A DNA stretch of 32,049 bases. It comes from Basidiobolus meristosporus CBS 931.73. Its lineage: Eukaryota > Fungi > Basidiobolomycota. Made by a program: the position numbers and the translations under genes. The stretch spans positions 1 to 32,049 of the forward strand of contig MCFE01000834.1 of NCBI GenBank assembly GCA_002104905.1. The letters are read 5' to 3'. Shown here in pieces: positions 31,837-32,049 of the stretch (its first letter is position 1; each line of letters opens with the position of its first letter). Below the pieces are notes generated by a model. That model saw only the letters and a program-made list of their open reading frames with translations, was not told where the DNA came from and ran no database searches.

Positions 31837-32049
31837 TCATTTCTTTTTTGGGTTGAGTACGTATGATGTCAGGCCAACAAGTATCGCTCCTCCAACCGCA
31901 TTCCCTAGAATGACGGGGATGAGATTCTTCACGATGAATTGGCCCACAGACACCTTAGCTCCGTACATCATTCCAACAGGGATATAAAACATATTGGCAA
32001 TTGAGTGCTCAAAGCCACAGATAGCAAAGGCAAAGACTGGCCACCAGAA
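31837..32049 (-). CDS. Formate-nitrite transporter (FNT family) 3' end, partial; gene continues beyond the window
   Basis: Open frame FWWPVFAFAICGFEHSIANMFYIPVGMMYGAKVSVGQFIVKNLIPVILGNAVGGAILVGLTSYVLNPKKK*, carrying the FNT motifs FEHSIANM and NLIPVxLGNxVGG. Confidence 0.88.
   Translation of the reverse strand, partial: FWWPVFAFAICGFEHSIANMFYIPVGMMYGAKVSVGQFIVKNLIPVILGNAVGGAILVGLTSYVLNPKKK

Overview
Eukaryotic (fungal-type, short GT-AG introns) DNA in two sharply separated zones. Bases 1 to about 25,950 form an AT-rich, CpG-poor nested transposon block. It is dominated by one Ty1/copia family (family A, ~350-bp TGTTG..CAACA LTRs, 10 LTR copies). One copy is intact and very young: 20204-24890, LTRs 349/350 identical, 5-bp TSD GTTTG, uninterrupted gag-pol, and an internal tRNAiMet (half-tRNA, Ty5/copia-type) primer site. 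The block also holds decayed family A copies in both orientations, a second copia family, two other solo LTRs, a Ty3/gypsy integrase relic, a CACTA (En/Spm) transposase relic and a possible LINE ORF1 relic. From about 26,000 the DNA is GC/CpG-rich and genic, with three minus-strand genes: MTR4 (4 exons, 1061 aa), a Sip5-like RING protein (2 exons) and the 3' end of a formate-nitrite transporter that the ORF track misses. The most notable signals are a Ty5-like family piling into one heterochromatin-like island and carrying an LISSPP motif where Ty5 has its LDSSPP targeting motif; perfect gene-conversion-like tracts between inverted dead copies; and CpG-specific decay of repeats. The organism cannot be named from sequence alone; an early-diverging fungus is an inference. 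All coordinates and identities were read by eye, not computed.
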